NCBI GenBank assembly: GCA_050949225.1
Contig: JBMNFI010000002.1
Coordinates: 6,100-70,099 of the forward strand
Direction: 5' to 3'
DNA from: Bacillota bacterium
GTDB taxonomy: Bacteria; Bacillota; Dehalobacteriia; UBA4068
DNA: 64,000 nt
The position numbers and the translations under genes are program-made. Shown piece by piece: positions 36,783 to 47,162 of the stretch (positions within the stretch are counted from its first letter, which is position 1; every line of letters begins with the position of its first letter). The notes under the pieces are model-generated. The model made no database searches. It was given only the letters and a program-made list of their open reading frames with translations, and was not told the DNA's origin.

Positions 36783-37645
36783 AAAACAAACTCCTTATCA
36801 CCCATTTGTGACACCACACCACGGTGATTTCCCGAAAAATCATCAATATATTGTAACACGTGAAACTTTGATTGTAAAAGTAATTCGCTGATCTCGGCTT
36901 TTTGATCGAAGCCTGTTTCCATAACTAAAAAACCTTTCCTTGCCAAAACCTGCGGCAACCCTTTAAGCAAACGACGATAAAAAGCCAAGCCATCTTGTCC
37001 ACCGTCCAAAGCCAAAAGCGGCTCCTTTTGTACATCCGGCGGCAGAGTGCTTAATTCCTGTGTCCTGATATAAGGGGGGTTGGTAATCACTAGATCAAAT
37101 TGCCGTTTTTGTGCTAAAAAAGGCTCTAATAAGTCGCCTTGTAAAAAATGACAGCGCTCAAAAACCTGTAGTCGGTGTGCATTTTTGGAAGCAACGGTTA
37201 AAGCCTTCTGAGAAATATCACTTAAAAAAACCTCCGCCTGCGGCAAATAATAAGCCAAAGACAGCCCTAAAGCGCCTGAGCCACAGCAAATATCTGCAAT
37301 TAATAATTTATCTTTGTTTTTAACTGCAGCCAAGGCAGCCTCAACCACTCGTTCGCTGTCCCAGCGGGGGATTAACACATTTGGGTCAACCATAAAGTCC
37401 AAGGACATAAATTCCTGCTCACCCAGTAAATATTGCAAGGGATGTGCCTGGCTGCGCTTTTGCACCAAGGCAAAAATTTGCTGCTTCTGTTTAGCGGTTA
37501 AGTCGGCCTCCAGGTGCAAAAACAGCTGATTAAGAGGGACGGTGAGAACAAAGGCACAAATCAATCTTGCCTCCCGATCAGCTTCACTAATAGCGGCAGC
37601 TGCTAAAAGACTACGGCTCTTAACTAAGCATTCTCTTACCTTCAT
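36779..37645 (-). CDS. prmC: Release-factor glutamine N5-methyltransferase
   Basis: 288 aa with DICCGSGALGL (SAM motif) and ITNPPYI (NPPY). It follows prfA. Confidence 0.9.
   Translation of the reverse strand: MKVRECLVKSRSLLAAAAISEADREARLICAFVLTVPLNQLFLHLEADLTAKQKQQIFALVQKRSQAHPLQYLLGEQEFMSLDFMVDPNVLIPRWDSERVVEAALAAVKNKDKLLIADICCGSGALGLSLAYYLPQAEVFLSDISQKALTVASKNAHRLQVFERCHFLQGDLLEPFLAQKRQFDLVITNPPYIRTQELSTLPPDVQKEPLLALDGGQDGLAFYRRLLKGLPQVLARKGFLVMETGFDQKAEISELLLQSKFHVLQYIDDFSGNHRGVVSQMGDKEFVL
36852..36867. other. parS-like site (2 mismatches) inside prmC
   Basis: TGTAACACGTGAAACT against the B. subtilis consensus TGTTNCACGTGAAACA. Confidence 0.3.
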
Positions 37646-37664
37646 AAAGCTTCTTCATTCCCCT

Positions 37665-38732
37665 TTAGTTATAATCTCTAAGTCGCTGTGCTTGATCAGT
37701 GGTAACCAAAGCATCTATCAGCTCATCCAGCTCACCCTGTAAAATCCATTCCAGTTTATGCAAGGTTAACCCTATACGGTGATCAGTAATGCGTCCCTGA
37801 GGAAAATTATAGGTGCGAACACGCTCTGATCGGTCGCCGGAACCCACCATGCCTTTACGAGCATCAGCTTCCGTACCGCTAACCTCCTGTTGCATTTTCT
37901 CCAAAACTCTGGCCCGTAAAACACGCATCCCTTTATCCTTGTTTTTATGTTGGCTCTTTTCATCTTGACAAGAAACCACAATTCCTGTAGGAATATGGGT
38001 CAAACGAACAGCAGACTGCGTGGTATTAACACATTGTCCGCCGGGACCCGATGAGCAAAAAACATCAACACGCACATCATTGGGACCAAATTCCAGCTCG
38101 ACCTCTTCTGCCTCCGGCAAGATAGCCACAGTTGCAGCCGAGGTGTGGATCCGTCCGCTGGATTCCGTCTCCGGAACTCGCTGTACTCTATGCACGCCAC
38201 TTTCAAATTTCAAGCGGCTGTAGGCACCGCGACCTTCTACAAGAGCAATTATTTCCTTAACGCCGCCAATATCGTTATAATTAGCCTCCAGAATTTCCAT
38301 GCGCCAACCATTTTTTTCCGCATAACGACTATACATTTTAAACAAATCCATGCCGAATAAAGCGGCCTCATCCCCGCCGGTACCGGCACGAATTTCCAAA
38401 ACAACATTTTTATGATCATTGGGATCTTTGGGTAAAAGCAAAACCTTCAGCCGCCCCTCTAGAACAGCCTTTTTTTCTTTCAAGTCCTCCATTTCCAGCT
38501 GTGCAAGCTCCATCATTTCCGAATCCTCTTTATCTTTAAGGATTTGTGAAGCTTCTTCTATGCCTTCCATGCATGATTTAAATTCCTGATAACATTCAAC
38601 AATCTCTTCCAGATCGGCACGGGCCTTAACATGTTTTTGCCAGGTTTTTTGATCGGCAATCACAGCCGGATCAGAGACAAGGCTTGTTAATTCATTATAT
38701 TTTTTTTCTAAAGCAGCTAATTTTTCCTGCAT
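37665..38732 (-). CDS. prfA: Peptide chain release factor 1
   Basis: 355 aa with [11 protein letters not shown] (GGQ) and a PET/PxT-type tripeptide region ([10 protein letters not shown]). Confidence 0.95.
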   Translation of the reverse strand: MQEKLAALEKKYNELTSLVSDPAVIADQKTWQKHVKARADLEEIVECYQEFKSCMEGIEEASQILKDKEDSEMMELAQLEMEDLKEKKAVLEGRLKVLLLPKDPNDHKNVVLEIRAGTGGDEAALFGMDLFKMYSRYAEKNGWRMEILEANYNDIGGVKEIIALVEGRGAYSRLKFESGVHRVQRVPETESSGRIHTSAATVAILPEAEEVELEFGPNDVRVDVFCSSGPGGQCVNTTQSAVRLTHIPTGIVVSCQDEKSQHKNKDKGMRVLRARVLEKMQQEVSGTEADARKGMVGSGDRSERVRTYNFPQGRITDHRIGLTLHKLEWILQGELDELIDALVTTDQAQRLRDYN

Positions 38733-38784
38733 ACTTGATAACTCCTTTTTTAAGTTTATTTAAGTATTCAAGATCATTATCAAG

Positions 38785-39810
38785 CTAGCTCTCCTCTTTA
38801 GAAAACTGCTGTGAAAGTGGACTCTTTTGTAGTTTTTTACCGACTTGCACATCAGAGCCTGTAGGCATATCTCTTTCAGACTCCTCTTTTTTCAAATCAG
38901 CTTCTGAAATTGGTACAGGCACGGCATCCACCACAATCAAATGGGCATACTCATCACGAAAACCCGGCACAAAGATCATTGAGGTAATCGCGACTTCCAG
39001 CTGCTCCTTGCTAGGCTCATTAGTGGTTATTTTTTGCATCCATAAACCGGGGGCGGTCAAAGCTTTGACTAAGGGATTATCCGGAAAGCGTAAAGGCAAT
39101 CTAAATAATTCATAAGCAACTCCCGCAACAAGCGGCATTGTTATAACCTTGATCAAAATACGATGCAAGGCATCGGTTTGTCCCACAAAAGTAAAAATAA
39201 TTATCATCAGCAGCATACTCATTAACAAAAAGCTGGTACCGCAACGAGTGTGAATACGTGAGTGTTTCATTACATTTTCCGGCGTTAAAGGCTCTCCTGC
39301 CTCCACAGCATTTATCGTTTTATGTTCCGCCCCATGATAGGCAAATAATCTTTGGATATCTGGCATGCGGCTGATAAAAAGAACATAGGCCAAAAAGATA
39401 CCTAAACGAATAAAACCCTCCGTCAAGCTGCGGGCAAAATCACCGCCGGCCGCCCAGGCAAAATTACCAATCAGCACGGGCACCACAACAAACAAACCAA
39501 TAGCCATCGCCGCCGCTAATACAATAGCCAGCACGATATCTTTATTCTCCAGCTGTTCCTCACCTTCGCCTGCTTGCGCAGCCGACCAGGAAATATCTTT
39601 AATTCCCACAATCAATGCAGACAAAAAGGCCACAAAACCACGAATAATCGGCCAGCCAACCAGGGGATATCTTTCCTTTAAAGGTTTTTTCACTTCTGTT
39701 TTATACACAATGCGGTCATCCTCTTTGCGGCAGGCAATCGCTTTACCGCCGGGGCCGTTCATCACGACACCTTCCATTACTGCTTGACCACCATAATTGT
39801 TTTTAGCCAT
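38785..39810 (-). CDS. DUF1385 domain-containing membrane protein (YqhQ-like)
   Basis: YGGQAVMEGVVMNGPGG, then several TMs, then AYHGAEHKTINA. Typical DUF1385, commonly found upstream of prfA in Firmicutes. Confidence 0.75.
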   Translation of the reverse strand: MAKNNYGGQAVMEGVVMNGPGGKAIACRKEDDRIVYKTEVKKPLKERYPLVGWPIIRGFVAFLSALIVGIKDISWSAAQAGEGEEQLENKDIVLAIVLAAAMAIGLFVVVPVLIGNFAWAAGGDFARSLTEGFIRLGIFLAYVLFISRMPDIQRLFAYHGAEHKTINAVEAGEPLTPENVMKHSRIHTRCGTSFLLMSMLLMIIIFTFVGQTDALHRILIKVITMPLVAGVAYELFRLPLRFPDNPLVKALTAPGLWMQKITTNEPSKEQLEVAITSMIFVPGFRDEYAHLIVVDAVPVPISEADLKKEESERDMPTGSDVQVGKKLQKSPLSQQFSKEES

Positions 39811-39961
39811 ATAAAAACCTCAAATTCTCTTAAAATTATTATCTACTTATTATATCCTTTTTCACTATATAATAGCAAGGGATAAATTGTTTTTATTCCT
39901 TGCTATCTTTTTATATTTGACTGCAAGACCGTACAAAAGGTTCCTGAAAAGGTGCCCAGAC

Positions 39962-41110
39962 CTATTTGGTTGCAATTATTTGTCTCATAGCCTCAACAGC
40001 TTGATTGATTTCTTTTTTGGTATTAAAAACGCCGAAGCTAAAACGTAAGGTGCCCGTTTCCAAACTGCCAATAGCTTGATGTGCCAAAGGAGTGCAATGA
40101 AGACCCGCTCGCACACAAATATTATACTGATTATCCAAAAGCCAGGCTACCTCGCTAACGTCCCTTTCCTTCACCGTTAAAGAAACTACCGGAACTCGCG
40201 GCTTAATCCTGGAAGGAGGCACAAAAAGACAAACATCAGGCAGTTCACTTATTCTCTCACAAAAACAATCAGCCAGCTGCTGTGTATAATCATAAATTTC
40301 TTGCGGGGTAAACTTATCCAAAAAGTCCAGAGAGCCTGACAAACCGGCAATCCCCGGCATATTCAAACTGCCGCTTTCCAAACGATCAGGAAAAACCTCC
40401 GGCTGCTGCCATTTTTGAGAATTACTACCTGTACCACCGTTGATAAGCGGCCTTATTTCCACATCATCGGCCACACACAGCCCACCTATTCCCGCCGGCC
40501 CATACAAAGTCTTATGACCTGCAAAGGCCAATAAAGAAATATTCATTTTTTGCATATCTATAGGGATCAGGGCGGCAGATTGGGCAGCATCGACCAAAAA
40601 CAACAAATCCTTTTCTTTCGCAAAACAGCCAATCTGTTTTATCGGCTGCACACTGCCTGTGACATTAGAGGCATGTGTGCAAACTAACATTCTGGTGTTT
40701 TTCTGCATTGCAGCGGAAAAATCCTTGGCAGACACATAACCCCATTTATCCGCCTTGATGCAGGTAGTCGTAATAATACCTAAAGACTCCAAATGCTTTA
40801 ATGGTCTCCACACAGCATTATGCTCCATGCCGGAATAAATCACATGATCGCCCTTTTTTAAAACGCCCTTTAAGGCTTGATTAAGAGCGGCGGTAGCACC
40901 GGCCGTAAAAACAACTCGACTAACATCAGCACAGCCAAACAGCTTTGCTAATCTTTCACGGGTATTAAAAAGCAGCCTAGAGGCTGCAAGTGACATCTTA
41001 TAGGCACCGCGTCCCGGGTTTGCCCCGTACTTTTCGCAAGATCGCAGCAAACCCTCCCTAACCTGCGGTGGCTTAGGATGGGAGCCAGCAGCATTATCAA
41101 AAAATATCAT
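39962..41110 (-). CDS. Class-V aminotransferase / cysteine desulfurase-family protein
   Basis: 382 aa. MIFFDNAAGSHPKP..., the PLP-lysine context AFAGHKTLYGPAGIGGL, and C-terminal RAGLHCTPLAH. Confidence 0.8.
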   Translation of the reverse strand: MIFFDNAAGSHPKPPQVREGLLRSCEKYGANPGRGAYKMSLAASRLLFNTRERLAKLFGCADVSRVVFTAGATAALNQALKGVLKKGDHVIYSGMEHNAVWRPLKHLESLGIITTTCIKADKWGYVSAKDFSAAMQKNTRMLVCTHASNVTGSVQPIKQIGCFAKEKDLLFLVDAAQSAALIPIDMQKMNISLLAFAGHKTLYGPAGIGGLCVADDVEIRPLINGGTGSNSQKWQQPEVFPDRLESGSLNMPGIAGLSGSLDFLDKFTPQEIYDYTQQLADCFCERISELPDVCLFVPPSRIKPRVPVVSLTVKERDVSEVAWLLDNQYNICVRAGLHCTPLAHQAIGSLETGTLRFSFGVFNTKKEINQAVEAMRQIIATK

Positions 41111-41185
41111 AAAAACAGCTCCTCTTTTTGGTCTGTAATTTTATAATATAGTTTATGACAATTATTGCCAGGCTGTGATAATTGT

Positions 41186-42067
41186 TTAAAAATGCACATC
41201 CGGTAAAAGTTGCTCTAAGAGACGCTCCAGATCCTCCGTATCGTAATATTCTATAACAATTTTCCCACCTTTTTTGCCTTGCTCCAAAGAAACTTTAGTA
41301 GCCAATTTTTCTCGTAAATGCTTAGTAATATCCTGCACCATTAGATCATTATCCCCAGATTTTTGACGTCTGTGGGTTGGTTTTTTTTCCACAATTTGGC
41401 CACTTAACAAGTGTGCTGAAAATTCGGTTTGCCTCACTGACAATCCCTCAGCAATAACCCTTTGAGCCAGCTTATTCTGGTCATCGACCTTATCTAAGGA
41501 TAAAATAGCCCGGCCATGTCCGGCCGTCAAGCGACCATTAATTAACATCGCTTGCACCGAAGGGCTCAATGACAACAGCCTTAACGTGTTAGCAACATGA
41601 GGTCGACTTTTACCCAGTCGAGAGGCCAGTTCTTTTTGTGTATAGCCAAATTCATTTTGTAGCTTTTGATAGGTTTGAGCCTCTTCTAAAACATTGAGAT
41701 CCTCTCTCTGAATATTTTCTATTAAAGAAAACTCGGTAATTTGTCCCTCGCTTAGCTGTCTTACAATACAGGGGATCTCCTGTAGACCTGCCATTATAGC
41801 GGCTCGCCACCGTCGCTCTCCTGCGACAATCTCATATCTTTTACCCTTTTCCACCACAATAATCGGCTGCAAAAGCCCAAACTCCTTAATAGAGTCTGAC
41901 AATTCTTGCAACTTGTCTTCAGCAAAAAACTTGCGCGGCTGATCAGGATTAGAGTCAATCTTTTTTACACTTAAAAGGGTAATCTGTTCCCCTTCCAAAA
42001 GCTCCTCATTTTTGTACTCACCCATCAAGGCAGAAAGTCCTTTTCCCAAACTTCTTTTTGCCATCAT
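41186..42067 (-). CDS. spo0J: Chromosome partitioning protein ParB/Spo0J
   Basis: RSLGKGLSALM..., LLQPIIV and GERRWRAA are the ParB boxes. The start is ambiguous among TTG 42070, ATG 42067 and ATG 42064. It overlaps the soj stop. Confidence 0.92.
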   Translation of the reverse strand: MMAKRSLGKGLSALMGEYKNEELLEGEQITLLSVKKIDSNPDQPRKFFAEDKLQELSDSIKEFGLLQPIIVVEKGKRYEIVAGERRWRAAIMAGLQEIPCIVRQLSEGQITEFSLIENIQREDLNVLEEAQTYQKLQNEFGYTQKELASRLGKSRPHVANTLRLLSLSPSVQAMLINGRLTAGHGRAILSLDKVDDQNKLAQRVIAEGLSVRQTEFSAHLLSGQIVEKKPTHRRQKSGDNDLMVQDITKHLREKLATKVSLEQGKKGGKIVIEYYDTEDLERLLEQLLPDVHF

Positions 42068-42843
42068 CAATCCTCCCGTTCCTTTTGTGATGCCAAAAAC
42101 TCCTCCGCAAGCTGCTCATAACATTCGGCGCCTTTTGATTTGGCATCATAATGAAGTATCGGCAAACCATGGCTGGGCGCCTCTGACAACCTAATGCTGC
42201 GCGGAATAACAGTTTGATACACTTTTTCGGCAAAAAAACCCCGAGCCTCTTCTGCAACTTCCTGTGAAAGATTGGTGCGCCCATCAAACATGGTCAAAAG
42301 CACACCCTCCAAATCCAAAGAAGAGTTAAGATGTCTCTTTACCAAATCAAAGGTGTTCATCAACTGACTGACGCCCTCCAGGGCATAATACTCGCACTGT
42401 AAAGGGATGACAATACTATCGGCCGCCGTTAAAGCATTAAGGGTCAACAATCCTAAGGATGGCGGACAATCAAAAAAAACGTAATCATACTTATCTTTCA
42501 GCGGACGCAAAGCCTTTTTTAGCTTTGATTCACGAGAAATAGCGGAAACCAACTCTATTTCTGCACCTGCTAGCTGAATAGTTGCCGGCAAAAGGTCTAA
42601 ATTACTAAACTGGCTGGCAATTGTTACGGATTCGGCCGGAGCACCATTAATCAACACATCATAAATGCAATGCTGTAGCCTTCTTCGATCAACCCCCAGA
42701 CCACTGGTAGCATTCCCTTGCGGATCCATATCAACTAAAAGCACCTTTTTACCTTTATCGGCTAAATATGCAGACAGATTGACTACAGTAGTAGTTTTAG
42801 CCACTCCACCTTTTTGATTTACCACAGCAATAGTTTTCGTCAT
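42067..42843 (-). CDS. soj: Chromosome partitioning ATPase ParA/Soj
   Basis: MTKTIAVVNQKGGVAKTTT contains the deviant Walker A. Start trimmed to the ATG at 42843. Confidence 0.92.
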   Translation of the reverse strand: MTKTIAVVNQKGGVAKTTTVVNLSAYLADKGKKVLLVDMDPQGNATSGLGVDRRRLQHCIYDVLINGAPAESVTIASQFSNLDLLPATIQLAGAEIELVSAISRESKLKKALRPLKDKYDYVFFDCPPSLGLLTLNALTAADSIVIPLQCEYYALEGVSQLMNTFDLVKRHLNSSLDLEGVLLTMFDGRTNLSQEVAEEARGFFAEKVYQTVIPRSIRLSEAPSHGLPILHYDAKSKGAECYEQLAEEFLASQKERED

Positions 42844-42985
42844 TTTGCACCGCCAACTTAACAAAAATTTCTACATAATCTACATAATAAAATCATTCCA
42901 CATGCTATCGGCTTAATCCTGCCAAAAATCGCTTCTACATTTTTATTTCCACAAGCGCGCTTCATTTATAACTACCAACAACGCT

Positions 42986-43693
42986 CTATAAAGGATGTTT
43001 TTGCGGCTTGCCTGCACGGCGTGGGTATTTTCCAGGGCAATCACTTATTTTTTTCACCACAACGAGACTCCGCAGTTCCTCTTTATCGGGTAACATCAAC
43101 TGCTTCAAGTCATCAATCCGGCCACCTAAAAGACTTAATGCCTGCTGAGAGGCAGCAATCTCTTCTTCAACAGATGGCCCTTTCATCGCCAAAAAATAAC
43201 CGCCACCGGCCACAAAGGGCAAACTGCACTCCAAAAGAGATGGCAAAGGACTTACCGCACGTGCTACCACTACATCAAATTTTTCTCGCAAATTATCCTG
43301 ATACGCTGCCACCTCAGCACGAGAGCATAAAACCTCTACGTTAGAAAGGCCTAATTCTTTTTTTACCTGCCATAAAAAACCACAACGCTTTTGTAAAGAA
43401 TCCAACAAGATCCAGCTGCTGGCAGGTTGCATAATTGCTGCCGGAACACCGGGAAAACCCGCCCCACTGCCTACATCAAGACACCGTGAGCCTGCAGCAA
43501 TCTGTGGAAGAATCAGTAACGAATCCAGATAATGCTTAATGAGCGCTTCTTTTGAGTCAGTGATGGCTGTAAGATTGAATTTAGAGTTGGTCTCCATGAC
43601 CATGTGCCAATGTTTTTCCATAAGTTGCGCTTGTTCCGCATTGAGATCAATCCCCATTAATCCAGCTTGTTTTTTCAGTTCTTCAATAAACAT
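42986..43693 (-). CDS. rsmG: 16S rRNA (guanine527-N7)-methyltransferase
   Basis: 235 aa with LDVGSGAGFPGVPAAI and NLTAI motifs. Located between mnmG and soj. Confidence 0.9.
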   Translation of the reverse strand: MFIEELKKQAGLMGIDLNAEQAQLMEKHWHMVMETNSKFNLTAITDSKEALIKHYLDSLLILPQIAAGSRCLDVGSGAGFPGVPAAIMQPASSWILLDSLQKRCGFLWQVKKELGLSNVEVLCSRAEVAAYQDNLREKFDVVVARAVSPLPSLLECSLPFVAGGGYFLAMKGPSVEEEIAASQQALSLLGGRIDDLKQLMLPDKEELRSLVVVKKISDCPGKYPRRAGKPQKHPL

Positions 43694-43706
43694 TTAGACA
43701 CCTCTT

Positions 43707-43722
43707 TGTTTCATGTGAAACA
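43707..43722. other. parS centromere-like site (1 mismatch to consensus)
   Basis: TGTTTCATGTGAAACA against TGTTNCACGTGAAACA. Located in the mnmG-rsmG spacer. Confidence 0.6.
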
Positions 43723-43730
43723 TTTATTAT

Positions 43731-45650
43731 TTATTCCTTTTCAATCATATGCTTTCTTTTTTCTAAATAAACAATCAGCACATTAATATCGGCAGGGGAA
43801 ACTCCCGTGATGCGACTGGCTTGTCCAAGTGAAAGCGGACGGTTTTTTTGCAATTTTTGTGTCGCTTCTGTGGACAGGCCCCTAATCTCTTGATAGTCAA
43901 TGTCCACAGGCAAAACTTTTCTTTCCAGCTTGCTAAAACGTTCCACCTGTCTTTGTTGTTTAGCTATATATCCGGCATACTTGCAGCTGATTTCTACTAC
44001 CTCTGCCGCTTGTTCATTTAAAGGTTGAGAAGGGGGAGAAACCGCAGATATCTGTGCATAGTCCAGATGTGGCCGCCGCAAAAGTTCTGCATATGTGGCA
44101 TTAATCGTAGGAGCCAGTCCTAATTGAACACGTTCTGCTTGAGTAGGGCGCAATCTGCTTAGGCGGGCAATTTCTCCCTCGCAAACGGCTTTCTTTTGTG
44201 CATAAAAATTAGCCCTTTTATCATCTATTAAGCCCCACTTTTGTCCTTTTTCCGTCAATCTGGCATCAGCATTATCCTGTCTTAACAGTAGACGATATTC
44301 CGCCAAAGAGGTAAAAAGACGATAAGGCTCCGTAACCCCTTTAGTCACCAGGTCATCGATCATTACGCCAAGGTAGGCCTCCGCTCTGTTTAACGTAAAA
44401 GGAGGCAAGTTAAGAATGTCGGCAGCAGCGTTTGTGCCGGCTAAAAGCCCTTGTGCTGCGGCCTCCTCATAGCCGGAGGTTCCGTTAAGCTGTCCGGCGG
44501 AAAACAATCCTGCGATTTCCTTATGTGCCAAGCGATTATTCAGTTGCAGTGGGTCAAGGCAATCATATTCAATAGCATAGGCAGGCCGAACAATCTGCAC
44601 CTTCTCTAAACCCGGGATAGTGCGTAAGAAGGTGGTCTGAACTTCTTCCGGCAAGCTCGAAGACATTCCTTGCACATAATACTCCCGACAATCCAGACCC
44701 TCAGGCTCTAAAAAGAGCTGATGAGCCGATCGATCAGCAAAGCGCACAACCTTATCCTCAATGGAAGGGCAGTAACGTGCACCTACGCCGGTAATTGTGC
44801 CTGAATAAAGGGGTGAGCGGTGAAGGTTGTCTCTAATAACTTGATGGGTTTTTTCATTAGTGTAGCTCAACCAGCAGGGGATACGGGGCCGCAACAGGGC
44901 TTCTTCCCTAGTAGTTAAATAGGAAAAAGCCAGGCCACTATCATCTCCGGGCTGCTCGATGGTTTTGCTGAAATCAATGCTGCGCTTATCCACTCTGGCG
45001 GGGGTTCCTGTTTTGAATCTGGACAAAGGCAAGCCCAGATCGCGTAGATAGTTGCCCAGGGATAATGCCGCATGATGACCTACCGGCCCGGACTCATAAC
45101 TGAATTCACCAATAATTACTTTGCCGCCTAAGTAAGTGCCGCAAGCTAAAATGATTTTATCCGCTAAGAAAACGGCTCCATTTGCCAGGCGAACCCCTCT
45201 TACACAGGCATTTTTCATCTCTAGCTCGGTGACTTCTCCCTGGCGCAAAGTAAGGTTTTCAGTGTGTTCCAGATAGCGGCGCATATTAATCTGATAGGAA
45301 GGCTTATCTATCTGAGCACGTAAGGCTTGTACTGCAGGGCCTTTGCCGGTATTAAGCATACGGATTTGGATTTGACTGCTGTCGGTGATTAACCCCATGG
45401 CGCCACCCAGAGCATCAATTTCCCGCACCAAAACACTTTTAGCCGGGCCGCCTATAGCGGGGTTGCAGGGGGTAAGGGCGATTGCCTCCGGACTTATTGT
45501 TAAAAGCAGTGTTTTAACGCCCATACGTGCAGCAGCTAAAGCGGCCTCACAGCCGGCATGGCCACCACCCACCACAATTACCTGATATTCACCGGCAACA
45601 AAAGAGCTGGCTTTTCTTTTCTTGTTATTTAATAGTTGTTTTTGACCCAT
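43731..45650 (-). CDS. mnmG: tRNA uridine 5-carboxymethylaminomethyl modification enzyme MnmG (GidA)
   Basis: YQVIVVGGGHAGCEAALAAARMG contains the FAD motif. ~639 aa. Start trimmed to the ATG at 45650. Confidence 0.95.
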   Translation of the reverse strand: MGQKQLLNNKKRKASSFVAGEYQVIVVGGGHAGCEAALAAARMGVKTLLLTISPEAIALTPCNPAIGGPAKSVLVREIDALGGAMGLITDSSQIQIRMLNTGKGPAVQALRAQIDKPSYQINMRRYLEHTENLTLRQGEVTELEMKNACVRGVRLANGAVFLADKIILACGTYLGGKVIIGEFSYESGPVGHHAALSLGNYLRDLGLPLSRFKTGTPARVDKRSIDFSKTIEQPGDDSGLAFSYLTTREEALLRPRIPCWLSYTNEKTHQVIRDNLHRSPLYSGTITGVGARYCPSIEDKVVRFADRSAHQLFLEPEGLDCREYYVQGMSSSLPEEVQTTFLRTIPGLEKVQIVRPAYAIEYDCLDPLQLNNRLAHKEIAGLFSAGQLNGTSGYEEAAAQGLLAGTNAAADILNLPPFTLNRAEAYLGVMIDDLVTKGVTEPYRLFTSLAEYRLLLRQDNADARLTEKGQKWGLIDDKRANFYAQKKAVCEGEIARLSRLRPTQAERVQLGLAPTINATYAELLRRPHLDYAQISAVSPPSQPLNEQAAEVVEISCKYAGYIAKQQRQVERFSKLERKVLPVDIDYQEIRGLSTEATQKLQKNRPLSLGQASRITGVSPADINVLIVYLEKRKHMIEKE

Positions 45651-45680
45651 CAATGTCCCCTCTGAATTGTTTAATATCGA

Positions 45681-47075
45681 CTATTTGCCTAAGCAAAACT
45701 TACTGAAAATCCTTGCAATAACTTCTTCACCGGCTGTTTTGCCACTAATTTCACCGAAATACTGCCAAGCTTCTTCTAAGTCAATGGCAGCAATATCAAC
45801 CGGGTAACCATCATTTAAGGCTTTTATGGATCGCTCCAGTGATTTTTTAGCAGAAATAAGCGCCTCTTGATGACGTGCATTGTTAATCAAATGGTCTCGC
45901 TGCCCGGAAAGCCCTTCTGTTAAAACCAGCTGTTTAATGGTTTGTTCTAATTGATCTAATCCGTCTCCGGTTTTGGCTGAAACAGAGATACATGGTACTT
46001 GTGGATACTGCTTTTTAACAAAGTTAATTGTCTCTTTAGCACCGGCTAAGTCATTTTTGTTTACTATGACCACTATTTTTTTCTCGTTAAATGATGTAAG
46101 CAGAGACTCTTCTTCTGTTAACAACGGTCGTGAACCATCTAAAACTAATAAAATCAGTTGGGCGGACTCTGCCACTTGATGTGTTTTATCTATACCTAAA
46201 GTTTCTACCTCGTCAGCAGACTCCCGTAATCCGGCCGTATCGCTCAAAATAATTGGTAAACCACCTAAATTAAGATACTCTTCGATCACATCACGAGTGG
46301 TCCCCGGCACAGATGTGACAATTGCCCTTTCTTCTGCCAAAAGTGCGTTTAGAATACTTGATTTACCTACATTGGTAGCGCCTAAAAGGCAGGTTTTGAT
46401 CCCCTCTTTGATAATTCTTCCCTCTTGAGCACCCGCTAGAAGCTTTTTTATCTGCTTAATAAGCGGTTTTATCTGTGTAATCGCTTCCTGCGAACTTAAT
46501 GCATCCTCATCATCAGGAAAGTCAACACCCACTTCAATTTGTGCCAAAATATCCAAAAGCTCATCTTCAATCGCTTGTAAAGCACGACTTAATTTGCCGG
46601 TAAGCTGCTGTGCTAACATGTCGGCAGCCTGTGGAGTAGGGGCATCAATCAGATCGTTGACTGCTTCTGCCTGAGTCAAATCCACACGACCATGCAAAAA
46701 GGCACGCAAGGTATATTCCCCCGGTTGAGCTAGCCGGGCTCCGGCCGCTATGGCCGCCGCTAAAACCCGAGTAGGGGATTGCATCCCTCCATGACACTGT
46801 AATTCCACTACATCTTCACCTGTATAAGAATGTGGCGCGGGCATATAAACAACCAAGGCTTCATCAATAAGTTGCTTGTTTTGATCATAAAGATTGCTAT
46901 ATTTCATCTGTCTGGCAGGTAGCTCTGTTAATTGCGACAAAAGCAAGCCGATTTTTAAAGATTTTTTGCCGCTCAGGCGCACAATGCTAATTCCGCCACT
47001 ACCAATAGGTGTAGCAATCGCCGCAATTGTCTCATCCAGTCCGTATTCACTTAATTTATTGGCGGTTTTTTTCAT
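45681..47075 (-). CDS. mnmE: tRNA modification GTPase MnmE (TrmE)
   Basis: 464 aa with the G1 motif GATNVGKSS, DTAGLR, NKNDL and the C-terminal FCLGK. Confidence 0.95.
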   Translation of the reverse strand: MKKTANKLSEYGLDETIAAIATPIGSGGISIVRLSGKKSLKIGLLLSQLTELPARQMKYSNLYDQNKQLIDEALVVYMPAPHSYTGEDVVELQCHGGMQSPTRVLAAAIAAGARLAQPGEYTLRAFLHGRVDLTQAEAVNDLIDAPTPQAADMLAQQLTGKLSRALQAIEDELLDILAQIEVGVDFPDDEDALSSQEAITQIKPLIKQIKKLLAGAQEGRIIKEGIKTCLLGATNVGKSSILNALLAEERAIVTSVPGTTRDVIEEYLNLGGLPIILSDTAGLRESADEVETLGIDKTHQVAESAQLILLVLDGSRPLLTEEESLLTSFNEKKIVVIVNKNDLAGAKETINFVKKQYPQVPCISVSAKTGDGLDQLEQTIKQLVLTEGLSGQRDHLINNARHQEALISAKKSLERSIKALNDGYPVDIAAIDLEEAWQYFGEISGKTAGEEVIARIFSKFCLGK

Positions 47076-47125
47076 AATATTTTCTTTCTCTATAATATTA
47101 TTTGTTCTGCAGATTGTTTTTTAAT

Positions 47126-47157
47126 TAAAAACAAACCCGACTTTTTTTGTCGGGTTG
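47126..47157 (-). terminator. Intrinsic terminator after jag
   Basis: The minus strand reads AACCCGAC-aaaaaaa-GTCGGGTT followed by TGTTTTT. Confidence 0.75.
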
Positions 47158-47162
47158 TTCTG

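Noticed and set aside
39872-39912. Hairpin ATAGCAAGG...CCTTGCTAT followed by CTTTTT downstream of the cysteine-desulfurase-family gene.
   Set aside because: The U-run is on the plus strand while both flanking genes are on the minus strand, and there is a 17-nt loop. It is not convincing as the terminator for either gene.
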